A stretch of 64,000 nucleotides of DNA from Vitrella brassicaformis CCMP3155 (lineage: Eukaryota > Protista > Chromerida), in assembly GCA_001179505.1 (NCBI GenBank), contig CDMY01000225.1, forward strand, positions 62,001 through 126,000. Reading direction: 5' to 3'. The stretch's first letter is position 1, and every line of letters starts with the position of its first letter. Made by a program: the position numbers and the translations under genes. Of this stretch, positions 12,743-24,485 are shown piece after piece. Below the pieces are notes generated by a model. It had not been told where the DNA came from. It ran no database searches and was given only the letters and a program-made list of their open reading frames with translations.

Positions 12743-13760
12743 CCTCCCATGGACGGAGACAGAGTGGCCGACAGAACCGAACGCACTGCTGTCGTCCATG
12801 GCAGAGATGGGAGGGCACACTGTCACATAGACTGTCAGCTCAAAAGCGCCCCTGCGATGGCTAAGCGGATAAGTATGTCAGTGAGTATCGACACAGACGA
12901 AGACGGCACGTCGTGTCATCGCTGGCAGCACAAAAACAGATACACGAGTCGAATAAAAGTCAGCACACACACACGGCAGATGACATAGACACCCCACGTC
13001 GATCTCGCCGCCACACGCACACACACAATGGACAGAAGAATAAAAACCACTGCGATCACCACACACACGACAGGCCGACGGAGAGCACACACACACGACA
13101 ATCCCACTCAGCCATCCAACACACGCACTCACGCAGTCAAAACTCTCTGTCGCTCTCACAGACCATCCCGTCGAATGAAAAGGAAACACACACGGCAGAC
13201 AGAAACCGCCGCATGAGTGTGTGGGGGGCCGACAGACAGACAATACACTCATTCCTTCGCTCAAAACCGAGGCACAACGAGGGAAGAGCCCCCGGCCGCA
13301 CACATGAGTGTGTGACACACAGCCGCCCCCACGTGTGTGTGTGTGTGTGTGTGTGGACTCTCTCCTACCCTATGCGGATCAACCGCAGCTGAAAGTAGCA
13401 GACAGCATAGATGGCTGGCACTATGATTTGCCTCACTTCCCCCTCCCGCATCGACAGCATCGCCTCACGCAGCCACCAACCCGTACTAGACACACGCCAC
13501 ACCGCCCCACGGTCCTCGCAGACTTTGTCCCGGCCGTCGAATGCATCGCGCCACCCGATGCGGTCATACTTGATGCGGTCGGTGTCCGTGGGCCATCTGC
13601 CGGTGCCCTCCGTGACGATGCGATAGCGCACACCCAACGGGGTCACAGTGAAGCCATCAATGTTGCTGTAAAGGAAGGGACCAAACATGACAGACGGCGA
13701 GGTATGTCTTGTCCGTCCTCCTTTGCACCTGGCCCGCTGTGCTGCGGTGGTGTTGGCCGA
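12743..13760 (-). repeat. Segmental duplication, copy A (FKBP-like last exon, preceding intron and ~600 bp 3' flank); paralogous to 16067-17300
   Basis: Shared blocks such as cagagtggccgacagaaccgaacgcactgct, aaactctctgtcgctctcaca, cacacatgagtgtgtgaca..cacagccgcccccacgtgtgtgt and cgatgcgatagcgcacacccaacggggtcacagtgaagccatca occur in the same order. Confidence 0.9.
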
Positions 13761-14703
13761 CTGCTGCTGCTGCGTGCCGCTCGGCTGCGGTCCAGCGGTG
13801 CCGGCAGAAATCCTCACCGGCGCACCGCCACCACTGGCCACACTGACACACACACACAGACACGTGAGCCAATGGATCAATCAGTGTGGCAGTCATGGGC
13901 AGTCGATTTGCTTGGGATGCACACCTGCGGCTGTTGGATGTCCGCTGGGCCGTCGGCCGCTGGGGAATCCCACGCAGCCTGTTTAATGCAGCCACACAGC
14001 CCATGAGGGCGAGAGAGAGGGTGGGAGATGGCATATCGGTGTGTTTGATTGATTACCGGGGGTCTTGTTGGTTGCCTCCTGCTGTGCCGTAGATGGGAAT
14101 GAGGCTGTCGACCGTCACGCCCGCCTTGCACACCGGACAGTCCGTCATGCGGTGACCGACCAGCCACTCGCGAAGACACGCCCAGCAGTACTACGCGGCA
14201 CACGACACACCCCACACTCACACCACTCATGTGCGACGTACCCTGTCCCGTGTCCTGCATCATGTGGTGCATCATGGGTGGTCTCCCTCACCAGGTGGCC
14301 GCATCGCGTGACGACCGGCTCCGTGACCTCCTCGAAGCAAATGCCGCACGCGAACGGCGAGGCATCGTGGTTGTCGCCACTGCTGGCCACTGCTCCCTCG
14401 CCGCTTGCAGCTGCTGGTGGTGGTTCGTTGTGGTCATGGACAGGTGACCTGACACACAGGAGGGCACACCAAGTCAGGATCAACACACGTGTGTGTGCTG
14501 TGCTGTGTGAAGATCCCTCACGTGTCTGTGTCAGCGGAGCAGAACTTGATGCGGTCGTGGAATGACCGGTCGATGGCCACACGCCGCCCCTGCACGTCCA
14601 TCTCGTAGCCGCCACGGCCGTCCTCATACACACGACACTCAAACACTCCGACGCTCGACGGCGATGGTGCGGTGGGACCCGCAGACGACGCAGACGAGCT
14701 CAT
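13365..14703 (-). CDS. RNF5/RNF185/RMA1-type RING finger fused to a degenerate FKBP-like domain
   Basis: FACGICFEEVTEPVVTRCGHLYCWACLREWL..TDCPVCKAGV...LIPIYG..GNQQDPR..GIPQRPTAQR (C3HC4 plus RNF5-type tail). Phase-consistent splices lead to TPLGVRYRIVTEGTG...WLREAMLSMREGEVRQIIVP...FQLRLI. Confidence 0.85.
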
Positions 14704-16066
14704 TGATTGATGCAGTACTGCAGGCGGTGCGACGAACGATGCCCGGTCTGCATCCAGCACACACACACAGACACGGGCACAAGTGAGTGTCTGTGTGCAT
14801 GTGTGAGGCTGATTATCAGAGTGTCATTGGGCGTACCTGTGCGGCTCTGATGCGAATAGGGCGACGCGTGACGAATGAGAGGTAATGGAGAGGACACCGA
14901 CACAAACAACCCTGCTCACCCACCAGCACACACAACACTCGGAGACCTTCTCTGTGTGTGTGTGTCCTCACCTGTTGTGTCTGAGGGCGAGCGACAGAAA
15001 TGCAGTCAGTCAGGCCGTCACCGAACGCGATGATGATATCCCTCCCGCCACACACCACACAAACCACTAATGGACCTGACAGTGTGTGATGACAGACACA
15101 AGGATGGGCGCATGCTTGGCCAGGGCTGCGCTCATGTGTGCAGGCCGACCTCTCTGTGTTTGTGTGACGATTTCACTGATCAATCTTGATAGTTGCCCTC
15201 ACAAAGGCGCCACATAAACAGACACACGAGATCTGACACACCAACAATGAGGCGCCCGTCACCCGTGCTGCATGTGTGTGTGTGTGGGTGCCTTTCCCTC
15301 ACCCCTCTGTCTGATGCCAATGAATGCGGTGAGATGACGACCACCGCCTGCACACACATATTGGACACACGGCAGGAACTGATGCATTTCTGTCATCGGT
15401 CGACGGCCATGTGATTGTCGTTGGCTCACCTGTGCCCTCACTGACAAACCGAACGAGACCAGCAGCGCCAAAAAGGTGGTGACGATCTGCGAGCTGATGT
15501 TTTTGTCCAAGCAAAGATCGGATTCATCGGTTTGGGTGAACGGTCGGCAGATGAGCGTGAGAGGCGGCCGAGGAGCCATTAAATGAGTCAATGCGACGAA
15601 TTCGTCCACTCAGCCGTTTGTCCAATGGCTGCGTCTGTCTGCCATTGTCGCCCGTCTGTGTCGGCCGGCCGCTCGTCGAGATGAGATGCCACTCGATGGC
15701 CAGGCGGACGACAGAGACCGAGGCACGACGGAAGCAAACAGCGCAGCACGACCGACACAGACACGATTGGTGGATGCATCATCTCACGGCAGCTTTCGCT
15801 CTCTCCCCCTATCCATGTGATTTGGGTGCCCCCGTGTGTGAGCACTGGCGCACCGTGGAGTGAATCACCGGCCCATCGGTGTGTGTGACGTGCCGGCACT
15901 TCACCGAACGACGCCCCGCCCACCGCACACACACGGGAGCAGAGAGGGGGAGAGAGAGTTAAAACACACCATACACACACGGATGGATGTCGGCAGGCAG
16001 AGTGGATGGAAAAAGGCTTTCTGTCTGTCTGTCTGTCTGTCTGATTGGCCGCCGCATTTCAGTGTT

Positions 16067-17300
16067 GCCTCCCACCACACACATGGACGGGGGCAGAGTG
16101 GCCGACAGAACCGAACGCACTGCTCACGACCGTGACAGAGATGGGAGGGCACACAGGGGTACAGCTTTGGACCAAAGCAGATATCACATAGATGCCCCTC
16201 ACTGACAGCTCAAAAGCGCCCGCGCGATTGAAAAGTGGATGAATATGTCAGTATGGACACACCCAGACAGAGAGGAAGACGGCACATTGTGCCATTGCCG
16301 TCGGTCGGACCGCAGACAACACAACACATAGAGGGAAGAACACGTCGATCGCAACACGAACAAAACAGTACCACCACGTCGTCGCCACCGCATCTGCAGT
16401 AGATATTTATTCGTATACACATGTGCAGATGTATGTGTATGTATGTATGTATGTGTACATACAGGGATCCCTCTCTGCGCCGGGGTCGGTCGATACAATC
16501 ATGTTCCGCTGCACCCCCCGGGCCCACACAGCACATAGAAAGACACGTACGCGATCCCCACCCCCGTACGCCACCATCACCACACACACAGTCTCTCTGT
16601 TTGGCCAGTGGCACACACAGTCAGGACAATCCAATTAAGCCATTCAACACACGCACTCACGCACCGTCACTCTCACGCCGTCAAACTCTCTGTCGCTCTC
16701 ACACCATCACGCCGAATATAAAGGAAACGGACACACGAGCAGGCAGAAACCGCCACATGAGTGCGTGGCGGGCCGGCAGACAGACAGCTCACTCACTCCT
16801 TCGCTCAAATCGGAGGCACACAGTCAGCCAGGCGACGAGTGAAGAGCCCCCCGCCACACACATGAGTGTGTGACAGACACAGCCGCCCCCACGTGTGTGT
16901 GGACTGTGTCCTACTCTATGATGCTGACCAACCGCAGCTGAACATAGCGGAGAAAAAATTCATATCTGGCTGGCACTATGATTTGCCTGACTTCGCCCTC
17001 ATTCATCGACAGGAGCGCCTCACGCAACCACTCAGGCCGATCAGACACACGCCACACCTCCCCACGTTGATCGATGAGTTTGTCCCGGCCGTCGAATGCG
17101 TCGCGCCACCCAACCCAGTCGAACTTGAAGCGTGCGCAGATGCCGGTGCCCTCCGTGACGATGCGATAGCGCACACCCAACGGGGTCACAGTGAAGCCAT
17201 CACTGTCGCTGCAAAGTGGATGAAGAGGACAAATGGCGACAGAGGCCTTTCTGGTTCTGTCCATCTGCGTACCTGGTCTGCTGTGCGCCATGTGTGTTGG
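16067..17300 (-). repeat. Segmental duplication, copy B (paralogous to 12743-13760)
   Basis: Same conserved non-coding blocks and FKBP exon as copy A. Homology extends into the preceding exon end (NTHGAQQT-ag|gt versus NTTAAQRA-ag|gt). Confidence 0.85.
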
Positions 17301-18595
17301 GCGTGTCGGTCTTGACAACGCCATACATGGCCGCGTTGACATCGAAGGCCGCCTGCTCTCGGGCGTTGTCCATCCGCAGCGGCACGTTGGCCTCGGCGGG
17401 CGAGGCGCCGAGTCGCTGCCGGCGGTGGTGGTCGACGATGCGGCTGATGTGGTCGGGCTGCACCACATCCACCGGCCGCGGCCACCTGAAGACACACACA
17501 ATACACACAGCCATCCTCGAGTGGGCATCGCTGTCACTGAGTGCTTCGATGGGTCGATGCTCACATATCGAATCTGTTTGTCAGCTCTTGGTTCATGGTA
17601 TCCACAGTCGACTGAGTGGTCGATATGACCTGATAACCACACACGTCGACAGACCGGATGGGGTCACCGCCACTCAGAGGCAGCAGGAAGGGCTCGACGG
17701 CCTGGGGCAAACAGGTAGCAACGAGATGAGCAACAGGCAGCATCAACCCCCCCCTCCTCCCCCCCCCCTCTCTCTCTTTGTGCCAATCTCGTCACCTGTA
17801 TCTCTTTGTTGAGGTTGTCACGTCGTGTGTTGGCGGCCCGCAGCTGTGCCTCCAGCCGGGCCTTCTCAGCGGCGAAGGCCTTCATGATGCCTTCAAGCGT
17901 CTTGACGGTGTCGCCCATCTCGGCGGGGATACCCGTGGTGGGCAGCCGCAGGTCGGTCCCAACGCTGCCACTGGAAGTGGCCTCTGTTGGAGTCTTGTCG
18001 AGATGCGACATCATCAGCTTGACCCGAAAGTCATGAGGACCTGCAACACACAAACAGCCGGCCGAATGAATGATGAGTGCGGATTGGTGATAAGTGTGTC
18101 CCCTCTCGTTGCCTTACAGTACTTACCGGTGTGGTGCCGCTTGGCCGCGTCGTCGATCAGGTGTTTGACCGACGCCGCCTTGCGGGAAGTGCGCATCGTT
18201 TCGGCGTCGAGGATGGCCGTGTGGATGGTCTTGAAGGCCTCCGAGTCCATGTTGAGGAACAGCCGCTGCTTGTCGTCCTTGATGAGTCGCCCGTCCCAGC
18301 AGCCCGAGAACAGCGCCGCCAGCAGAGTGCCCTCCACCCCCTCCCCTTGAGTCAACATCTTCCGCTTCACTCGCCACTCGCTGCCGCCCACATTGAGCAG
18401 CAGCATGTCATCGGGCGATGCTGTTGATGGGTCCGATGCGCCGTGTTTGGTTCTCTCTTGCTGGGCATCGTCGTCAGCTTGGCGGATCTGTGCGCGCAGC
18501 TGGCTGATGGCGTCGCCGATGGCCGTCACGGGCACGTGCAGCTGATTGAGAATCGCATGGGCGCTGAACTGGCCAGCGGCCGACTCGGCCTCCAT
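16911..18595 (-). CDS. KCTD-type BTB/POZ + coiled coil + second BTB-like domain + degenerate FKBP-like domain
   Basis: LLLNVGGSEWRVKRKML..EGTLLAALFSGCWDGRLIKDDKQRLFLNMDSEAF. Second unit reads SVDVCG..ISTTQST...DHISRIVDHHRR. Last exon reads TPLGVRYRIVTEGTG...WLREALLSMNEGEVRQIIVP. Confidence 0.85.
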
Positions 18596-18970
18596 CCTTT
18601 GTCGCGGCGCAACAGATCTGTCAGCGATGCCTGACAACCACACAAAACCGAGCACACATCAATGAGCATGCTTGAGTGTTGTTCCATTGTCGTCCTTGCA
18701 CACCTGATGCCCAACACAAAGGCGATGCCAAAGTCCTTGGGATGATCAGCCGGAGGTTGTTTTGGGTTCACTAGCTGGCAGGGTTTGATGTGCAGGGTTT
18801 GCAGCCTCTGAGCTCCCCGCGAGAACGACACGATTCAGGTACAACACGCGCTCAGATCTGGACAGATCTCCACAGAAGATGCATGTCTGTTTGTGTGTTC
18901 GTTCAGATCTGACCTTCCTGTCAGCAGTCATCACAGCAGTCGTCATCCGCCTACATGCTGGTGTGAGGCG
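18596..18970. promoter_or_regulatory. Bidirectional promoter between two BTB-FKBP paralogues
   Basis: 375-bp divergent spacer with CAGATCTG at 18613, 18853 and 18904, CAGATCTC at 18863, and CAGGGTTT at 18779 and 18793. Confidence 0.55.
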
Positions 18971-20675
18971 ATGATGCATCCCTTCACGCGCCAGCAGGCG
19001 ACCATGCAACTCGACACAAGGGTCCGGCTCGCCATAGAGGGCCTGCAGGCACAGCGGGAGGAGATCGCAGCCTTGCACGAGACTAACAAGGTGCTACTCG
19101 ACGCTGCGGATCTGTCCAACGAGATCCTGCAGCTCAATGTGGGCGGCTGTCATTCATCTGTCAAGCGCAAGCACATGACGAGCGTCGAGGGCACTCTGCT
19201 GGCGGCTCTCTTTTCGGGGCGGTGGGATCAGCGGCTCATCCGGGACGGCAGCAGCAGGATCTTCCTCGATGTTTGCCCGCATGCCTTTGAGGCCATCCGT
19301 GACGCCATTTATGCGGGTGGGAAGGAGGCTGTCGAGCACATGAGAGACCAGGCGGCCGAGAGAGACCACATGGGTATGCACCGGACACAAACACACTTAC
19401 GCTCCTGCACCCAGATGTCTGTCCACTGTTGCCTGTGCAGGTATTCACGACTTCTACGTAAGGCTGCTCTTATCGCCATTGCACAAAGGCGCAGCTGATG
19501 AGTCGTCGAAGGGCCGTGATGGGGAGGTGTGTGGGCCCGAGGCCGAGCATGAGCTGTTGGGGGGATTCCTCAGCACAGTGAGAGACTTCGTGCGCGCCTT
19601 CGAGCATGAGCAGGCCGAGATCGACAGGCAGCTGGGAGCGGCCAAGGTCGAAATAGAGGTGAATCATCCGACAACACAGGCCGAGAAATCCACCTCTGTG
19701 ACGGACGCATTGTGTGTCGTTGTGTCCGATGTTCGTTGCAACAGAGCGTCGGTCCGTTCGTGAAGCCCCTGCACGGCGAGGAGCCCATATGCTCCCTGGA
19801 TGTCAACGGCAAGTCAATCTCGACGCTGCGGTCGACCACAGAGGAGATGGGCAACTCGGCGCTTGGGCGGAGAAACGATGCTTCAGTGTAAGCTGCACAC
19901 ACCCACGTTCCACACAGCCCCCTCCTCCCACTTGCCTTTGTCTCTTGTGGCTGGCCTGGCTGTTGCTTTCAGGTGGTCATCGCCCGTTGAGGGTGTGTCG
20001 GAGGACCATATTCGGCGGCTCATCGATTTCTACCGCCGCAAGCGCCTGGCGGCCAACTCCACAGACCCACAGCTGCTGGGCAGCGTTGGGGTGCCCCTCC
20101 TGATGGACACACGCACTGAGCAACGGTTCTTTGAAAAGGTGAGGCTGGTGTGCAGACGAGGAAGGGGTGCGCTGCGATGCGGTGTGGCATGTCAACTGTC
20201 TTTCCCTCCACGTGCATGGTTCTGCAGACGTGTGCCATGTATGGCTGTGAGGTTGCCGCTGATGTGTTTCGCACCCAACAAAGGTACGTGCACGCGCACA
20301 CCTCCAGCTCCCATGTGTATTCCTCGCTCCTGTGTCTTTTCGACGCGCAGCTCATTCCTGCGGTCGCCGATGGGTGTGCGTTACAGAGTGATCCAACAAG
20401 GCACCGGACCACGACCAAGGACACACCACCGTGTTGAGTTCAACCACACATCATGGAAAGATGGCTTCGAGGGACAGCACGTTCTACAGCACCAGACCAA
20501 CATCGTCCACGCCTTCCCCGGCATGTACGAGTGGGCCGCTGAGGCAGTCCTGTCGATGCGCGCGGGTGAGGTGCGGCGGTTGATAGTGCCGGAGGAGCTC
20601 TGGTCGCCGTCAAGCTCATTTGCGAAGGGAAAGGCGTATGCGGAGATCCAGCTGCTGCGTGTCGTGAGCGACTGA
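18971..20675 (+). CDS. KCTD-type BTB/POZ + coiled coil + second BTB-like domain + degenerate FKBP-like domain (paralogue of 16911-18595)
   Basis: LQLNVGG..SVKRKHMTSVEGTLLAALFSGRWDQRLIRDGSSRIFLDVCPHAF; SLDVNGKSISTLRST; DHIRRLIDFYRRKRL; SPMGVRYRVIQQGTGPRP..WAAEAVLSMRAGEVRRLIVPEEL..YAEIQLLRV. Confidence 0.85.
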
Positions 20676-21226
20676 CGCTGATCGCGGCGTGGCTTGTGCT
20701 GGGCGAAGGGAGAAGGAGACAGAGGTTGGTCTCGCCTTGTGCCCTTGGCTTCATACGATGGCCACCTGGTGTGCCGTGTCCGTGTCCATGTGGGTGTCAC
20801 TGTGTGTCCGTTGTGTCGAGTATTTGTCATGTCAGTTTATAATCTGCTGGTCGTTTTCATTGAAGTGTTCTCTTTGGTGCCTGTCTAGAGGGGTGTGGAC
20901 AAGTGTAAGGCGCTGTGTGTGTTTTTGATGGACCTGGCCAAGCGGTCTGTGTAAATGCCGTCGATGTTTGATGGATGTTTGATTTCATATCGAGTTCGAC
21001 ACACAAAGCAAGAACCAGCCGAGAAAACGAAGAAATAGATCAGATAATGCCGAGAGAAGGCTGCCGACCGGTCCCGATGCGAGCTCATTCGTGGGGCCAA
21101 AATCGTTCCCCTCCCTCCCCGACCCCCGATGCCTGTCGACACATTGCAAGAGTGTGGTGTCCAGTCCCTGCCGCAGTCGCAGCCGCCCTGACCTGTTGGA
21201 CCTCTCTGAGCGGCGGCGTCGCTGCA

Positions 21227-24200
21227 ATGCTCTTCTTGGACCTCAGGCTGGCGCTGCTGGGTGTCCTCTGCCTCGTCTGTCCGCTCACACGTGCTGTTGA
21301 CGGCCGCATTGTCTTGTCGAAGACCAACGCGAGGCGGCAAAGGGCACTGGAGAGGAACGAGGATGAGAGGAGAGACCCTGGCGGGCCTCCTGGGCCGCCC
21401 CGAATGGCTAACCTGCCAGGTAAGGGAATGCTATGCTTGCAACATTGCAACTGAACATTTATGTGTGTGTGTACTTCCAGGTCAGCAGCAGATTGATGCC
21501 CCATTCAGCCCCTCCTTTGCAAACACCCCACGTAAGCTGTGCGCACATTGTATTGTGATCTCCTCTGTCCACTGCAATGGCGATCTCAGAAGGCGGTGCA
21601 GCTGCACCGTCCACGGTCCAGTCGGCCGCACCACGCAATTCTGTTGACCCGCCAGCGGTGAGCTCCGCCAGCCTCCTGAGCGCTTTCGATCACCAGCCGG
21701 CCATTGCCGCTGCCGATCCATTGCAATCCGCCCACGGTGAGATGGCTAGAAAGTAGCTTGAACATTCAATGCAGTTCATCTGAGGTCACAATGCTGCAGG
21801 TGTGCCTTCCCCAAGAGCGGAGACGCAGGGTCATGAGTCAGCGGCGTACCGCAGCGCGTCCGTTGATTCTAAAGGCATCATCGACACTGTATTCGGTCAG
21901 TGAGTGTACTGGGGAGAGAATGGCTCAAGCAGTAAGTACCCTGCCACCTCTCCTTTCAACGCAGGAACAAGTGCCCCATCGACAAGCACCACGGCTGCAC
22001 CGCCATGGACTGACGCCTTCGTACGGCAGCAAGGGCCTCCATCGCCGGTGACGTCCACAGCCGCCCCCAGCACCACCCAAATGCCCACAACATCATCCAC
22101 CACCAGCACTAGCACCAGTACAACCACAACTAGCACAACAACGAGTAGCACGACCTCCTCTGCCGCCCCCAGTCCGCCCCCTACCACCACTACCCCTTTA
22201 CCAACAACCCCCAGTCCGTCTGCCACCCCTACCACGGCTCCCTTTGCCGCATCAACGGCCAGTCCCACGTTATCGTTGAAAATTGAAGATTTCTCGACCT
22301 TTCCACCGCCCGCTCAGACGAGTTCTACCGCAGCGCCCCCCACCGCAACGACGAGCACTGCTGTGCCTTCCACCAGGGGTCCCTCGCCGCTGGCAGCCGG
22401 AGTGCCAGATTTGTTTGCCACGGGTGAGCCAGAGGCTACCACAGGTGCCCCCGGTACAACGGAGGCGCCATTGACAACCACAACAGCACCAACACCGACA
22501 TCCACGCCGTTGCCGTCGACAAGCACGACCCTGTCACCGCTGCTGGCTGAGACGACGACCCCTCCCCCTGCTCCCCCTGTTGTCCCTACCACCACTGTCA
22601 TGCCGACGACTTTACCTGCCATTGCCCCTTTTGCGGCTTCATTGCCCACCACGACTGTTGTGGTGTCGACTGCCTACCCAGAGACCACACCTGGTCCCTT
22701 GAGTGAGAGAGGCACACACAAGTGTACTCTGGAGAGGGACGGGTGTGTGGTTTCTGTGTTGGGGTTCGTGTGTGCAGCGTCTGAGGAGCGGGGTGCGGGT
22801 ACGATTGCCTTTGATGACGGCATCAGTGGGGTCTGGGAGGCCGACTGTGAGAACAACCCATGTAGAGGTGACAAGGTGACCTTGGGAACACACGACACTA
22901 TCACAGTAGAACCTGAGTCTTGGTGTGGATTGTGGCTGGCGTCTCTCCTCTCTTCCTTTCTTGTGTCGGTCTGCAGGTGATGAGTGTGCATCAGGAGTTT
23001 GGTCCTATGGACTTTCATGGCACCGGCAGCTACAAAGTGACGCGCTCCTACTGCTACATGGACGGCTCCACACGCCAATGCAACCCGGTAAAGCCATCTC
23101 CACCTACCGAACAATCACACGATGAACCTGACTTGTCCTGTGCTGGTGTGGTGGTGCAACAGGCCACGGCTGACTATGTGCTGCGCGCGAGTGGGTTGGT
23201 GACGATTGCGGGTCTTGCCGGTGCTCCAGATGGGGAGGGGGTCATCCTTTGTGAAGCCGATTACGAGTATGGAAGAGCGAGATGTGTTCATGACCATACA
23301 AGGAGGGCTTTCTGACGCACGTCTCTGTCTCTGTCTCTGTGTGGTGACAGTACCGTTGTGTTGGAGATCCACAATGTGTTCCTAAAGGGTCAGCTGGAGC
23401 AGCACTGCCGCTGCGGCTCGCAAGTGGCGCACTCCACTGCTGAAGGCAGCTACGGTAAGACTCTTCGCCACACGAGATTCCTCTATCACGTCTGTGAGTC
23501 TGTCACATTCTGGTCAGATCTGTCCCACTGTGATGGCGGCTGCGAGAGTCTGTACAACCGCACAGAGTTCTTCCGCGTCATCAACATCACCGACCTAATT
23601 GCCAACGCCACCAAATGCGGTGGCCGAGGCTCGGAGCACGTCAGCATCCTCGAGACACCTACTGCGGTACACAAACAGACCAGAAGCAATGCAGCCGCAC
23701 GCACTCCTTCACCTGTGCTTCCCCGAATGTGTGCGTGTTCAGGAGAGTAAAGAGAAGACGCTTGCATACCCCCCAAACCAGTGTTTTCGCCGGACCAAGG
23801 CCTTCACCAAGACAACCAGAGGGCTGGCAGAGGAGAGGGCGGCCAGGGAGGGGGGCGCCGTGGTGCCCAGCCACGTCATGGCGGCCAAGCTGGCGGCGCC
23901 TTTGATGCCCGGCGAACACAAAGTAGACGTGACGATTGAGTCCAGCAACAACATCCGGTTCTGGTGCTACGCCATGCTGACCTCACACCCACACGATCTG
24001 CCGGATGAGTTGCTGATGAATGGCAGCTTCGTTAGGGACTATGCTGTCTCTGAAACAATATACGGCATCAACGGCACACTCAACACAGGGACGGTAAGTG
24101 GTGTGAGAAAGGGAACACACACACGATGTATGGAGCTCCTTCCCCCCCCCCCCCNNNNNNNNNNNNNNNNNNNNNNNNNNNNNNNNNNNNNNNNNNNNNN

Positions 24201-24454
24201 NNNNNNNNNNNNNNNNNNNNNNNNNNNNNNNNNNNNNNNNNNNNNNNNNNNNNNNNNNNNNNNNNNNNNNNNNNNNNNNNNNNNNNNNNNNNNNNNNNNN
24301 NNNNNNNNNNNNNNNNNNNNNNNNNNNNNNNNNNNNNNNNNNNNNNNNNNNNNNNNNNNNNNNNNNNNNNNNNNNNNNNNNNNNNNNNNNNNNNNNNNNN
24401 NNNNNNNNNNNNNNNNNNNNNNNNNNNNNNNNNNNNNNNNNNNNNNNNNNNNNN

Positions 24455-24485
<31 letters not shown>

